Shown here in pieces: positions 8,875-17,031 of a stretch of 64,000 bases of DNA; position 1 is the stretch's first letter, and every line of letters begins with the position of its first letter. The notes under the pieces are model-generated. The model had not been told where the DNA came from. It ran no database searches and saw only the letters and a list, made by a program, of their open reading frames with translations. The DNA comes from Treponema sp. (GTDB taxonomy: Bacteria; Spirochaetota; Spirochaetia; Treponematales; Treponemataceae), in the NCBI GenBank assembly GCA_017645785.1, contig JAGCNW010000030.1:27045-91044 (forward strand), written 5' to 3'. Both the position numbers and the translations under genes were made by a program.

Positions 8875-10134
8875 CTAAACGCCGTATACGCTCGGTCTTA
8901 TGATTCCGACGTTCTTCTTGAAGGGCATAACGTAGGCGACAAGGTAGGCCATAGCGTCGGTGATGTGGTCGTGCCCGCCCGACTTGTCGGTGTCGCCGCC
9001 TTCCTCTTTGTATGTGTATCCTTCCAAAGCCGTCTTCAACTTGCGGCAGGTTCCGTCGGCGATGAACACCCTAGGCTCTCCCGCCGCGTTCAAGAAAGCC
9101 GCGTTGCAGGCGTTGAACTTGTCGCGCGAGGCGTAAGGGGCGTGGGGGACGCAGACGTGGAACTTGTTCCGCTTCAGAATCTCGAAGTCCGTGACTCCGA
9201 CGGCGGCCGAGGTCTGCCTCTTTCGGCAGGTTGGGTCGGGGTAAACCCAAACGTCGCACTTCGGGAACCTCCTTCGTATAAGGTCGCAGGTGTGCTGGGT
9301 GTTGGTGTTCTGCTCGACGATTTCGTCGAAGAAAACCCAGTTGTCGCCGCTCTTCCCCTTGACCTTGACGGCTATGGCGGCGGTCATCGGGTTAACGTTG
9401 AAGTCCATTCCAACGTGAATGTCGCCCGCCTTTCCCCACATCGGGTCGAGTTCGCAGCGGTTCCTGTTCCTGTTGAAATTGTCGTAGACGCGTAGGTTCA
9501 TAGTCTCGAAGCTCGCCAAATACTCCTGCGCGAACTGCTTCTCGGTCATATCCCTTCGCGCGTCCTCAATTTCCTCGGCGGGGACGTTTCCGCCTTCGAT
9601 GGTCGTGAATTGGTAGACTCCCCAAGACTTAGGGTTCTCCTCGCCCTTCCTATACATCTCGTAGAACCAGTTGTAGCCCTTGGGGGTGGAGATGAAGATT
9701 CCCCTTCCCATCTTGTCCGAAAGGGAAGGTCGCAATACAGTCCAAACTTCGGGCTTCATCATCGCGGCCTCGTCCAAAACGAGCATATCCAAGCCGCTTC
9801 CGCGAAGGTTGTCGGGCTTGTCCGCTCCCAAAACGGAAATCTCCGAGCCGTTCAAAAGCTCGACGCACATTTCCACTTCGTTCCTAGACTTGACGTATTC
9901 CTTGGGGAGATGGTCTTTGAGCCACCCCTTCCACATAATTCGCTTGGCGTCGGCGTAGGTTGGGGCTACATACCAGACAATGCTCTTGGGCTTGTTTATC
10001 GCCAAGGAGAGCATTTCCAAGCCGGAGAGCCAAGACTTTCCGAAGCGCCGCCCCGCGTTTATGACCTTGAAGCGCCTTGGGTCTTCAAAGACCTTTCTCT
10101 GCGGCTCGGTGAGCCTGTAGACAATCTTGCTCAC
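8875..10134 (-). CDS. terL: Terminase large subunit
   Basis: 419 aa with Walker A-like NAGRRFGKSW and Walker B-like LDMLVLDEAA. Located upstream of the portal. Confidence 0.85.
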   Translation of the reverse strand: MSKIVYRLTEPQRKVFEDPRRFKVINAGRRFGKSWLSGLEMLSLAINKPKSIVWYVAPTYADAKRIMWKGWLKDHLPKEYVKSRNEVEMCVELLNGSEISVLGADKPDNLRGSGLDMLVLDEAAMMKPEVWTVLRPSLSDKMGRGIFISTPKGYNWFYEMYRKGEENPKSWGVYQFTTIEGGNVPAEEIEDARRDMTEKQFAQEYLASFETMNLRVYDNFNRNRNRCELDPMWGKAGDIHVGMDFNVNPMTAAIAVKVKGKSGDNWVFFDEIVEQNTNTQHTCDLIRRRFPKCDVWVYPDPTCRKRQTSAAVGVTDFEILKRNKFHVCVPHAPYASRDKFNACNAAFLNAAGEPRVFIADGTCRKLKTALEGYTYKEEGGDTDKSGGHDHITDAMAYLVAYVMPFKKNVGIIRPSVYGV

Positions 10135-10526
10135 AGAAGGAACTCCTCGCCGCTGTCGGTTTTCACGCCAATCAAGGCCTCTCCGTCGCCTTCGGCGGAC
10201 AGCTTCTCGTTCAGCTTGTCAATCTCCGATTCCCGCAAGGCGATTACCATTTGCGGCATCTCGACCTTATGCTCGTCCTTCTGAATCGGAGCCTTGCCGA
10301 GAGTTCGGTCGAAGACGACCTTCATCGCCGAAACGGCGTCCTTGTCGTCCCCAAAAAGGCCTATGTGTATGAGCCTTTCGGCAAGCCCTTGCGCGACAGT
10401 CCTTACGGTTCCTTCGTCGTCCTCGAAAGTCTCGTTGAGCCTCACCGCCAACGCTGAAGCCAGAGCGGCCTTGTCGGCCTTGGCTTTCGGGGCGGGAAGC
10501 GGATTGTTAGGAGATATCAAGCCCAT
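10131..10526 (-). CDS. Putative terminase small subunit
   Basis: ATGA-overlaps terL. Start chosen at ATG 10526 (AAAGGAG 7 nt upstream) rather than 10565. Assigned by position and size only. Confidence 0.4.
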   Translation of the reverse strand: MGLISPNNPLPAPKAKADKAALASALAVRLNETFEDDEGTVRTVAQGLAERLIHIGLFGDDKDAVSAMKVVFDRTLGKAPIQKDEHKVEMPQMVIALRESEIDKLNEKLSAEGDGEALIGVKTDSGEEFLL

Positions 10527-10566
10527 AAAAAAACTCCTTTTTTTGCTGTAACAGTATGTATACATA

Positions 10567-10595
10567 TTGACTACAAAATGTAACTATGGTATAAT
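10567..10595 (+). promoter_or_regulatory. Near-consensus sigma70 promoter TTGACT-17-TATAAT (start of the plus-strand early region)
   Basis: Read directly. The spacer contains AAATGTAAC and GTAACAgtATGTATACA lies just upstream (recurring motif). Confidence 0.65.
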
Positions 10596-10637
10596 AAGGG
10601 CATAAAACAAAGACATTAAATGTCTAGGGAGGTTCCA

Positions 10638-10883
10638 ATGGTTTTGGACACAACAAAAAGCAAGGACATCGCCAAATGGCTCAACAGAGCCGCCTTGTCC
10701 TATGAGAAGGATTTCGCCAAGGCGCTGAAATTGTTCCAGTCGGCCAAGCCGAAGAGCGAAGCCGTGAAGGCCGCGCTTGAGGGCTTGAAGGCAAAAATCG
10801 CCGAGGACTTGAAGGCCTTGGCCAAGTTCGAGAAGGAAGCCGAAAAGAAGGCTCCCGCCAAAAAAGCCGGGAAGAAGGCCTAA
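10638..10883 (+). CDS. Small Lys/Ala-rich hypothetical protein
   Basis: ORF track frame. ATG 10638 has GGGAGG upstream, whereas ATG 10620 has no SD. Confidence 0.55.
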   Translation: MVLDTTKSKDIAKWLNRAALSYEKDFAKALKLFQSAKPKSEAVKAALEGLKAKIAEDLKALAKFEKEAEKKAPAKKAGKKA

Positions 10884-11120
10884 ATGGGAAGGCGGGCGAG
10901 AGTCCGCCCCAGCCAAAGCGAACCCATCTCCCATAAAAAGAAGATGGACGCTTTGGCGCGGGAGCTGGAAAAAGGGGAAATGAACATAGCCGACGCGAAG
11001 CGGATTGTCGGGCTTGACAAGAACTCGTTCGCCGCCTTCATATCGTCGATGACCTACGTGTATCCGATTTACCAATACGGAACGGCGAAGGACACGTTTT
11101 TCGGGATTTTGAAAAAATGA
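10884..11120 (+). CDS. Hypothetical protein, possible HTH
   Basis: ORF track. Contains NIADAKRIVGLDKNSFAAFIS. An internal start at Met21 is possible. Confidence 0.45.
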   Translation: MGRRARVRPSQSEPISHKKKMDALARELEKGEMNIADAKRIVGLDKNSFAAFISSMTYVYPIYQYGTAKDTFFGILKK

Positions 11121-11224
11121 AAGACAGTTTGTTTGACTTTCCGCAGCCAAAGATTGACAAGAAAAGGTGGAACGAGATGACCGAGAAGGAAAGGGAGCCT
11201 TTATGGAACTTGAGGGGAAAATGA
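11117..11224 (+). CDS. Small hypothetical protein (35 aa)
   Basis: Own translation. ATGA-coupled on both sides in a chain of overlapping small ORFs. Confidence 0.3.
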   Translation: MKDSLFDFPQPKIDKKRWNEMTEKEREPLWNLRGK

Positions 11225-11400
11225 AAAGAAAGAGTGAACGCGAGAAAGAACGCATTGAGGCGTTGTATGAACTTGTGGAAAAAAAACCGGACGCATTTTT
11301 CTTTTTATTTCTGCTTCATTGCTTGCTTTTGCCGCAAGATAAATTCGAGCAACTTATAAAAAGTATGGAATCAGATTTGAAGGTAGGAGAGAATATATGA
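11221..11400 (+). CDS. Small hypothetical protein (59 aa)
   Basis: In the frame of track ORF 11167..11400. Start taken at the ATGA overlap. ATGA-coupled to the nadR-like gene. Confidence 0.4.
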   Translation: MKRKSEREKERIEALYELVEKKPDAFFFLFLLHCLLLPQDKFEQLIKSMESDLKVGENI

Positions 11401-12506
11401 ATATTGGAATTTGTTTCGGCGGGTATTCACCGATGCACCAAGGCCACTTAGACTTAATTATGAAAAGCAAAAAGTTGAATGACTTTACACATGTCATTGT
11501 GTGCGGTTATGGCGGAGACCCGAGAGGAGAACTTCTTCCATTGGAAAAGCGTTATAACATTATTCGCAACTTCTTGCAGGAAGAAACCGTCGCAGTTCAT
11601 ATGATAAATGACACTAAACTCGGCCTTGATGAGTCTATGAGCCAAAATAATTGGCGTGTTTGGCTTGGAGAAGTGGAAAAATTTGTTTGGCAGACACCTC
11701 TTTTGAAAAATGAAGATTCTTGGATTGATACAGTAAATTTTTACGTTGCGGAAGAAAGGTATGTTAGCGATATTAACAACGCCATAAAAAATTTTGGAGC
11801 GTTCCCTTCTTATCGAGTCCGTGTTAATTTTTCAGACCGTAATGAAAATCTGATTTCTGGAACTATGTGCCGCTCAAACCCTATTAAAAGCTGGTTTAAA
11901 ATCACGCAGCCATTCAGAGCTTACTATTCTCACAATATTCTCATCACAGGAACCGCTTCTGAAGGAAAGACAACTCTCACGCGCGATATTGGCAAATACT
12001 TCGGCATCCCATACTCATACGAAAAGGGCCGCGACATCTGCCACTTAAAGAAAGACACGGAATTTAATTTTAAAGATTTTTTGTATAACATCACGGAGCA
12101 GAATAGATATAACGAAGAGTTAATTTGTTCCCCGCAAAACCCTGGCGTGTTCATTTCCGACACAGACAATATGGTAACTCTGATGTATGCGGCGGCATAT
12201 AAAGAGCGCGAAGGCTTTTCTATTGGCAAAGAGGAATACAAAGTCCTTTATGAAGTTGCAGAGCAGTATGCAAAAACAATAAAATGGAACAAAATCTTTC
12301 TTATCAAGCCCCATAAAAAACCCATCGTTGATGACGGCGAAAGATACATGCCGGATTCTGCCTACAACATTCGGGTTAAATTCTACAACAACCTAAAAAA
12401 ACTTTACGAGGCGTTTGGGTATGAGTTTGAAGAACTTGATGGCAACTATTATGAAAATTTTTGCTCTGTAAGGGATTATATCCGCAGCATTGGTTTTCAG
12501 AATTAA
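11397..12506 (+). CDS. nadR: NadR-type bifunctional NMN adenylyltransferase / ribosylnicotinamide kinase (no HTH domain)
   Basis: GGYSPMHQGHLDLI matches the GxFxPxHxGH nucleotidyltransferase motif. The central P-loop ITGTASEGKTTL matches the RNK domain. The region looks AT-richer than its flanks. Confidence 0.8.
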   Translation: MNIGICFGGYSPMHQGHLDLIMKSKKLNDFTHVIVCGYGGDPRGELLPLEKRYNIIRNFLQEETVAVHMINDTKLGLDESMSQNNWRVWLGEVEKFVWQTPLLKNEDSWIDTVNFYVAEERYVSDINNAIKNFGAFPSYRVRVNFSDRNENLISGTMCRSNPIKSWFKITQPFRAYYSHNILITGTASEGKTTLTRDIGKYFGIPYSYEKGRDICHLKKDTEFNFKDFLYNITEQNRYNEELICSPQNPGVFISDTDNMVTLMYAAAYKEREGFSIGKEEYKVLYEVAEQYAKTIKWNKIFLIKPHKKPIVDDGERYMPDSAYNIRVKFYNNLKKLYEAFGYEFEELDGNYYENFCSVRDYIRSIGFQN

Positions 12507-12535
12507 AATAAAAATCCAAATACGCAGGAGGAATT

Positions 12536-13273
12536 ATGAAATTTGGAGAGTTTTTTAAAGAGGAATTTGTCAACGGCAAAAATGCCGTTGATTGGGCTAT
12601 GTTTGCGGTAGGCCTTGCGTTGCAGTCGCTCGCGATTATACTTGGCTTCGTTTCCGGGACGCCGGACAGCGCGGGACTGGTTGTCTCTGGCATCGCTGGC
12701 GTTATTTCCGTCGTGCTTTGCTCGCAGGGAAAGATTTCATTTTACATCTTCGGCTACATTCAATTATTTACTTATGTGTTTTGTTTCGCCTTGCCGCAAC
12801 GACTTTGGGGCGAATTCATTGAGAACATTATGTATGCGGTTACAATGGTTATAGGCTTGATTGTTTGGGCCAAGAATTACCGCAGGCGTGAAAACGCGAA
12901 AGCAATCGAAATTAAGGCGAAGAAACTTGGCTGGAAAGGAAATCTTGTCACCGCATTGATTTTTGTTGCGGGCACAATCGGTTACTGGATGTTCTTAAAA
13001 AACGTTCCAATGTTAGGCTCCCTTGACAGTCAGCCATTTGTGGACAGCGTAACTTCGGTTCCAGCTTATATCGCTCAGTTCTTTATGGTTTTCGGTTTTC
13101 GAGAACAATGGATTTATTGGCTTATTCTTGACATAGGTTCAGTGGTTCTCGCTTTCCGCGCGGGGTCTTGGGTTATGACGGCGCAATTTATGTTCTGGTG
13201 CGTCAATTGTATATACGGATTCATTCTTTGGCACAAATCAGCGGTTTACGACAATTACTCAAAAATATGTTGA
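12536..13273 (+). CDS. pnuC: PnuC-type nicotinamide riboside transporter
   Basis: 245 aa with multiple TM segments. Trp-rich C-terminal half (EQWIYWLILD, FMFWCVNCIYGFILW). Lies 30 nt downstream of the nadR-like gene. Confidence 0.75.
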   Translation: MKFGEFFKEEFVNGKNAVDWAMFAVGLALQSLAIILGFVSGTPDSAGLVVSGIAGVISVVLCSQGKISFYIFGYIQLFTYVFCFALPQRLWGEFIENIMYAVTMVIGLIVWAKNYRRRENAKAIEIKAKKLGWKGNLVTALIFVAGTIGYWMFLKNVPMLGSLDSQPFVDSVTSVPAYIAQFFMVFGFREQWIYWLILDIGSVVLAFRAGSWVMTAQFMFWCVNCIYGFILWHKSAVYDNYSKIC

Positions 13274-13280
13274 TAAGAGC

Positions 13281-13538
13281 GTGAGTATGAAAATTATATT
13301 CAACATAGCAATAGGGATATGGACTGCCTTCGGGCTTTTGGGGGGCTGGCTGTTCCTCCACTATGAAGGCAAGAAAAGGGAGCTTTACAACTCGGACATA
13401 CTGATAGCGCTGCTGTTCGTCTTTTTCGGCCCTGCGGTTCCGCTAACCCTTGCGGGCGCAAGCCTCGGCCATTGGCTCCTTAACTGGCTCGAAGACGAGA
13501 ACGAGGCTTTGACGAAACTGTTCGGAGGGAAGAGATGA
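13281..13538 (+). CDS. Small membrane protein (85 aa)
   Basis: ORF track. Two hydrophobic segments. Confidence 0.5.
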   Translation: MSMKIIFNIAIGIWTAFGLLGGWLFLHYEGKKRELYNSDILIALLFVFFGPAVPLTLAGASLGHWLLNWLEDENEALTKLFGGKR

Positions 13539-13798
13539 CGGGCGAAGAATTGGCGAATCCGCTAGGAGCGGGCGGCGAGGGGCAAGGTTCGCTTGGAAGG
13601 GCGCTCGAAGCCTGCGAGAGGAACGCGTTCAAAAAGGAACTGACGTCCTTGCTCAACCGCTATGGCTGGGACAACTTCTGCGAGTGCCCCGACCATATTC
13701 TCGCGGACTACGCGGAGAGATGCCTGCTTGGATTCCAAGCGGCCATGAACGACAACATCATCTGGCACACGTCTTGGAAAAGGCTTGGGGAGAAATAA
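13535..13798 (+). CDS. Hypothetical protein (87 aa)
   Basis: ORF track. ATGA-coupled to the upstream ORF. Confidence 0.5.
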   Translation: MTGEELANPLGAGGEGQGSLGRALEACERNAFKKELTSLLNRYGWDNFCECPDHILADYAERCLLGFQAAMNDNIIWHTSWKRLGEK

Positions 13799-13875
13799 TG
13801 GACAAGACCTTGCTGAAAATTGCCTTGTCCACCCTCATAATCGGACTCATCCTTCTCTACGGCTACCACCCCTAG
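13798..13875 (+). CDS. Possible 25-aa membrane peptide
   Basis: MDKTLLKIALSTLIIGLILLYGYHP. Its start overlaps the previous stop by 1 nt. Confidence 0.25.
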   Translation: MDKTLLKIALSTLIIGLILLYGYHP

Positions 13876-14260
13876 AAAAATCCGCCTTTTCATCCCCCCC
13901 TTCGGAACCCTAAAACACTCCCAGAAACGCCCCTAGGAAGCCCCACAGCGCGTTCTTAGCCCCTTCTTGGATTTATAGCCAAAACCCCCTAAAATAGCCC
14001 TTTTCTATGCCCTTAACCCCCCCTTTCCGCATAAATATACGGCCTTTCCCGATACATCCCCGCCTTTTTCCCACACCTTTCGCATAAACTTGCGCAAAAA
14101 GCCCCTAAAAACCGCATATTCTTGCATAACCAGCCCCTTGCAATCCCCATTCGCCCCCTAAATGTATGAAAAAGTATACATCTCTTCAATTTATGCCCTA
14201 CATCCCCTTATATTATATGCACTTACATATCTCTTAATCCCCTTTTATCCCCAGCGATGG
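13869..14260. repeat. C-run-rich non-coding region with dispersed CCC(C)TAAAA repeats
   Basis: CCCTAAAA-type copies at 13908, 13985, 14101 and 14154, with CCCCTAG(A/G)AA variants at 13869 and 13930. Many C4-C7 runs and no credible ORF. Confidence 0.55.
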
Positions 14261-14394
14261 ATACTCCTTTGAAAAAACTTGGCTTGTTTCTGTGTGGGAT
14301 AAGTCTCTGAAAAATAAATTTCAACAACTCCCCTGGGGATATAGGGCTGTATAGGGCTTGTAATTCCTTATAATATAAAGAGTTAGAGAAAGGC

Positions 14395-14417
14395 GGGGCA
14401 AGGGGAAGGGTAAGGGG
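14395..14417 (+). other. Canonical G-quadruplex-forming motif
   Basis: GGGGcaaGGGGaaGGGtaaGGGG read directly. It mirrors the upstream C-run block. Confidence 0.5.
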
Positions 14418-14593
14418 AAAAAGAATAATTGCATGTCGATGGGCAAAGGGTGGCATAGTGATGCTATATTGCAATTGTTCGCGCATAAAGCGGACGAGGC
14501 AAACCAAAAAGCAAGGCAAAAAGACTTGTAAAGAGGCTTGAATAAAAACTAAAGACGCAAGCCGATAGCGTGAAAATGGCAAGGTAGGTAAGT

Positions 14594-15055
14594 ATGAAAA
14601 GCAATGTTTATGCGGTAATTGGTAAAAAGCAACTAGACGAAAAGACGAAAAGAGCGCAAGCGCTAATTGAGTTTATACGCTTAAATTTTAATGACAAGTC
14701 GAAGCGTTTAGGGTTCAAGTCTTTTGTAAAAGAGTTTGGCAAGTTCAACGAGGATAAAAAGACTTTGTTAGCGTCTAGCGTGGTATCTGTAAATGACATT
14801 CAAGCGGCTTGCCGATATATTGCGGATAAGGCAATAGAAAATAACGAGCCTTTAATTCCCGCTCTTGAATGTGAAAACAATTCTTTTACTATTGCGGTAA
14901 AGTCTAGCGCTGATTATGCGCAATACTACCAAACAATCAAACCGCAAGTCAAAAAAGAAACTGATTACACAAAGTTAATAATAGACATGATAAACAAACA
15001 TAGCGAGGCGATACAACTTGACGCTATACAAGTTGCTATTGACGCTCTTAAATAG
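14594..15055 (+). CDS. Hypothetical protein (153 aa) isolated between two large non-coding regions
   Basis: ORF track. AAGGTAGG lies upstream of the ATG. Confidence 0.55.
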   Translation: MKSNVYAVIGKKQLDEKTKRAQALIEFIRLNFNDKSKRLGFKSFVKEFGKFNEDKKTLLASSVVSVNDIQAACRYIADKAIENNEPLIPALECENNSFTIAVKSSADYAQYYQTIKPQVKKETDYTKLIIDMINKHSEAIQLDAIQVAIDALK

Positions 15056-15063
15056 TGTATCGA

Positions 15064-15710
15064 TATTGCGCGCAAGTCAAAATGCTTGCGCGCGGTTATG
15101 GATACATTATAGCGGTTTATTCCCTTTGCGGTAATTCCGCTTTAAGAGCCTTTGACAAAATAGCATTGATTGCGCTTTGCTTGCTTGCCATTGGTAAAGG
15201 ATTTTTTGACAAAGAAAAAAGCGCGCTTGCGCTTTAGTATCGGCCTTTTAAGTGTTGCTTGCTTTGCTTTGCTACATACTCACAGAATGGCTAGTTATGG
15301 ACGGCTTGCGCGCTTTAGTTTGCGCCAAAAACAGAGCACTGCGCAAACTGTCTATAACTCGAAAAGTCCTAAAAAATGGGAGGCTTTGCCCATAGCCAAA
15401 AAAAAAGCCTTGCGTCCGCTAGTCAAGTTACGGAAAAATCGGCGCGCACATAGAGCGCTAGGCGGTTTTGCGTTTGACGCTTGCCCTTTGTCAATATTCC
15501 CTATTGGCATATATCGCAAGTTTACACAATGCGAAAAGCCCTAGCGCTTGCGGTTTAAGTCGGTTTTAGCCTTTGGCTTGGCGCTTTTCGTATGTGGAAT
15601 TACAAAAGGCGGACGCATAAAGACGCCTAGCGCGGTAACGATGGAAAGTGAATTGCGCTAGGCGGTAAAACGCTAAGAATTGCGCGGACTTGCTATAAAT
15701 CCGCGCTTAA
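15064..15710. repeat. Cluster of GC-rich palindromic hairpins built on (A/T)TTGCGC / GCGCAA(A/T)
   Basis: Examples: GCGCGCAAG-n8-CTTGCGCGC (15068-15098), AAAGCGC-gctt-GCGCTTT (15216-15234), TTTGCGC-n15-GCGCAAA (15319-15348), GCGCGGA-n11-TCCGCGC (15682-15708). GCGCTAGGCGG occurs twice (about 15455 and 15655). Confidence 0.45.
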
Positions 15711-15718
15711 TTGTATAA
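15691..15718 (+). promoter_or_regulatory. sigma70-like promoter TTGCTA-(16-17 nt)-TATAAT
   Basis: Read directly; spacer length not recounted. About 20 nt upstream of the TTG start at 15740. Confidence 0.4.
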
Positions 15719-15739
15719 TGGCTTTTTAAGGGGGCCATT

Positions 15740-15934
15740 TTGAATTATAAAATTGAAGTCATAAGGGCTAAAGACAACGGCTATAGACTTTGCGACGGAC
15801 GGACGGACGGAACGGAAGCGGACTATAAAAAAATGTTCAATTCTTGGAATTTATTCCTAAAAGCCGGCCTTTTCAAAGCTATTAAAATAACCGACGAAAG
15901 CGGGAAAGTCACTTATCAAAAAGGCGACTTTTAG
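15740..15934 (+). CDS. Small hypothetical protein (64 aa, TTG start)
   Basis: ORF track. AAGGGGG upstream and a terminator downstream. Confidence 0.45.
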   Translation: MNYKIEVIRAKDNGYRLCDGRTDGTEADYKKMFNSWNLFLKAGLFKAIKITDESGKVTYQKGDF

Positions 15935-15954
15935 CGCTAGCCCTTTTTTCACTA

Positions 15955-15984
15955 GGCGGACTTGAAAAAGTCCGCCTTTTTTAT
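15955..15984 (+). terminator. Rho-independent terminator
   Basis: GGCGGAC-ttgaaaaa-GTCCGCC followed by TTTTTTATTGCC. Confidence 0.7.
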
Positions 15985-16139
15985 TGCCTAAAAAGTTTTA
16001 AGGCCGCGCAGGCGCGCCATAAACCGCGAAAAATGCGCTTTATGGAGTCCGCTTCAATGCGGAGCGGTCTTATAGAGGGACAATCCCTCAAAAAAAATTT
16101 TTGGAAATCGCCCTAAGTTTTAAGGGCAAGGAGGCTGTT

Positions 16140-16670
16140 ATGGCTAGAGTTTTGGACAATGTTCGCAAGTTTTTCGAGGAAACTTACGAGGAATCGGGCT
16201 TTTATGTCTACAACGTGACTAAAAGCAAAATCTGCTTCGCCAAGGTGGGCAACAAATTCGCCGACCATTGGGAGAATTTGGACGACACGGACGCGGAACT
16301 TTCCGCTTTCGTGAAGGCGTCTTTCGCCGCCGAGGACAAGGCCGAAAAGGTCGAAAAAGCCAAGGCGAATGTCGTCAAGATGGGCTTGAAAAAGCCCGCC
16401 CGCCTCGTGAGAAAAGGCGAGGTTTTGAAGGCCGCCGAGCCTAAGAAGGCCGAAAAAGCCAAGGCCGAAAAGCCCAAGAAGGCGGAAAAGCCCGATATGA
16501 CGGGAGCGAAAGAGGCCGGCCTTTGGAAAGTCAAGGGCGAGTGGGCGCAAAGCAACAAGGGCCGTTTTTGGAAAGTCACGAAAAAGCTTGACGACGGCTG
16601 GGAGATTGTGTCCCACAGCGGCTGCAAGGGACGCCTTACCTCGAAAGGCAAATGGCTTTCTGTCGCCTAG
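16140..16670 (+). CDS. Hypothetical Lys-rich protein
   Basis: Track frame. Start at ATG 16140 (AAGGAGG upstream). Contains KAEKAKAEKPKKAEKP low-complexity sequence. Confidence 0.55.
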   Translation: MARVLDNVRKFFEETYEESGFYVYNVTKSKICFAKVGNKFADHWENLDDTDAELSAFVKASFAAEDKAEKVEKAKANVVKMGLKKPARLVRKGEVLKAAEPKKAEKAKAEKPKKAEKPDMTGAKEAGLWKVKGEWAQSNKGRFWKVTKKLDDGWEIVSHSGCKGRLTSKGKWLSVA

Positions 16671-16839
16671 TTTTAAGGGCGTGCCCGCCGCCTTTAAGGA
16701 CGGGCAAGGAGCGAGGGCGAGCGGTATTCAAGCCGCCGCCTAGGTGCGAGGCCTAGGCGCTCTCATAGCCCTTTAAGGGCAAAACAATTTCAAAACGCGG
16801 CCTCCGCGCCGCGACAACAAACGCGGAAAGGAGGCCGTT

Positions 16840-17022
16840 ATGGCTGAAATCATCGCTCAGGCGTTCTTGGACGAGCCTAGTCCGAGAGCGGTCGAGAATT
16901 TAGGCGGCAAGACTGTCGCCGAAGTCGTAGGGTTGCTGAAAGGCAAGGATTACCAAGCCGCGATACAGTTCGCGGAGTTCGCCCGCTATTACAGAATTAC
17001 GGGCCGCGCTATGTCTTGCTAG
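16840..17022 (+). CDS. Small hypothetical protein (60 aa)
   Basis: ORF track. AAAGGAGG upstream. Confidence 0.5.
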   Translation: MAEIIAQAFLDEPSPRAVENLGGKTVAEVVGLLKGKDYQAAIQFAEFARYYRITGRAMSC

Positions 17023-17031
17023 GAGGCAGAT

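Noticed and set aside
13908-14163. CCCTAAA(A) repeats read as plant-type telomere repeats, or as hairpin telomeres of a linear plasmid-prophage.
   Set aside because: The copies are dispersed and not tandem. No protelomerase-like gene or large terminal palindrome is seen in the window. The resemblance is probably coincidental.
14223-14582. 119-aa minus-strand ORF inside the C-run/G4 non-coding block.
   Set aside because: No SD. The composition reflects the C- and G-run DNA (Pro/Leu/Phe/Ser-rich). It is isolated from any minus-strand operon.
15170-15544. 124-aa plus-strand ORF (and 15055-15237) in the GC-hairpin block.
   Set aside because: No SD. The sequence is dominated by translated palindromes (Arg/Leu/Ala/Lys-rich). 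The region is better explained as structured non-coding DNA or RNA.
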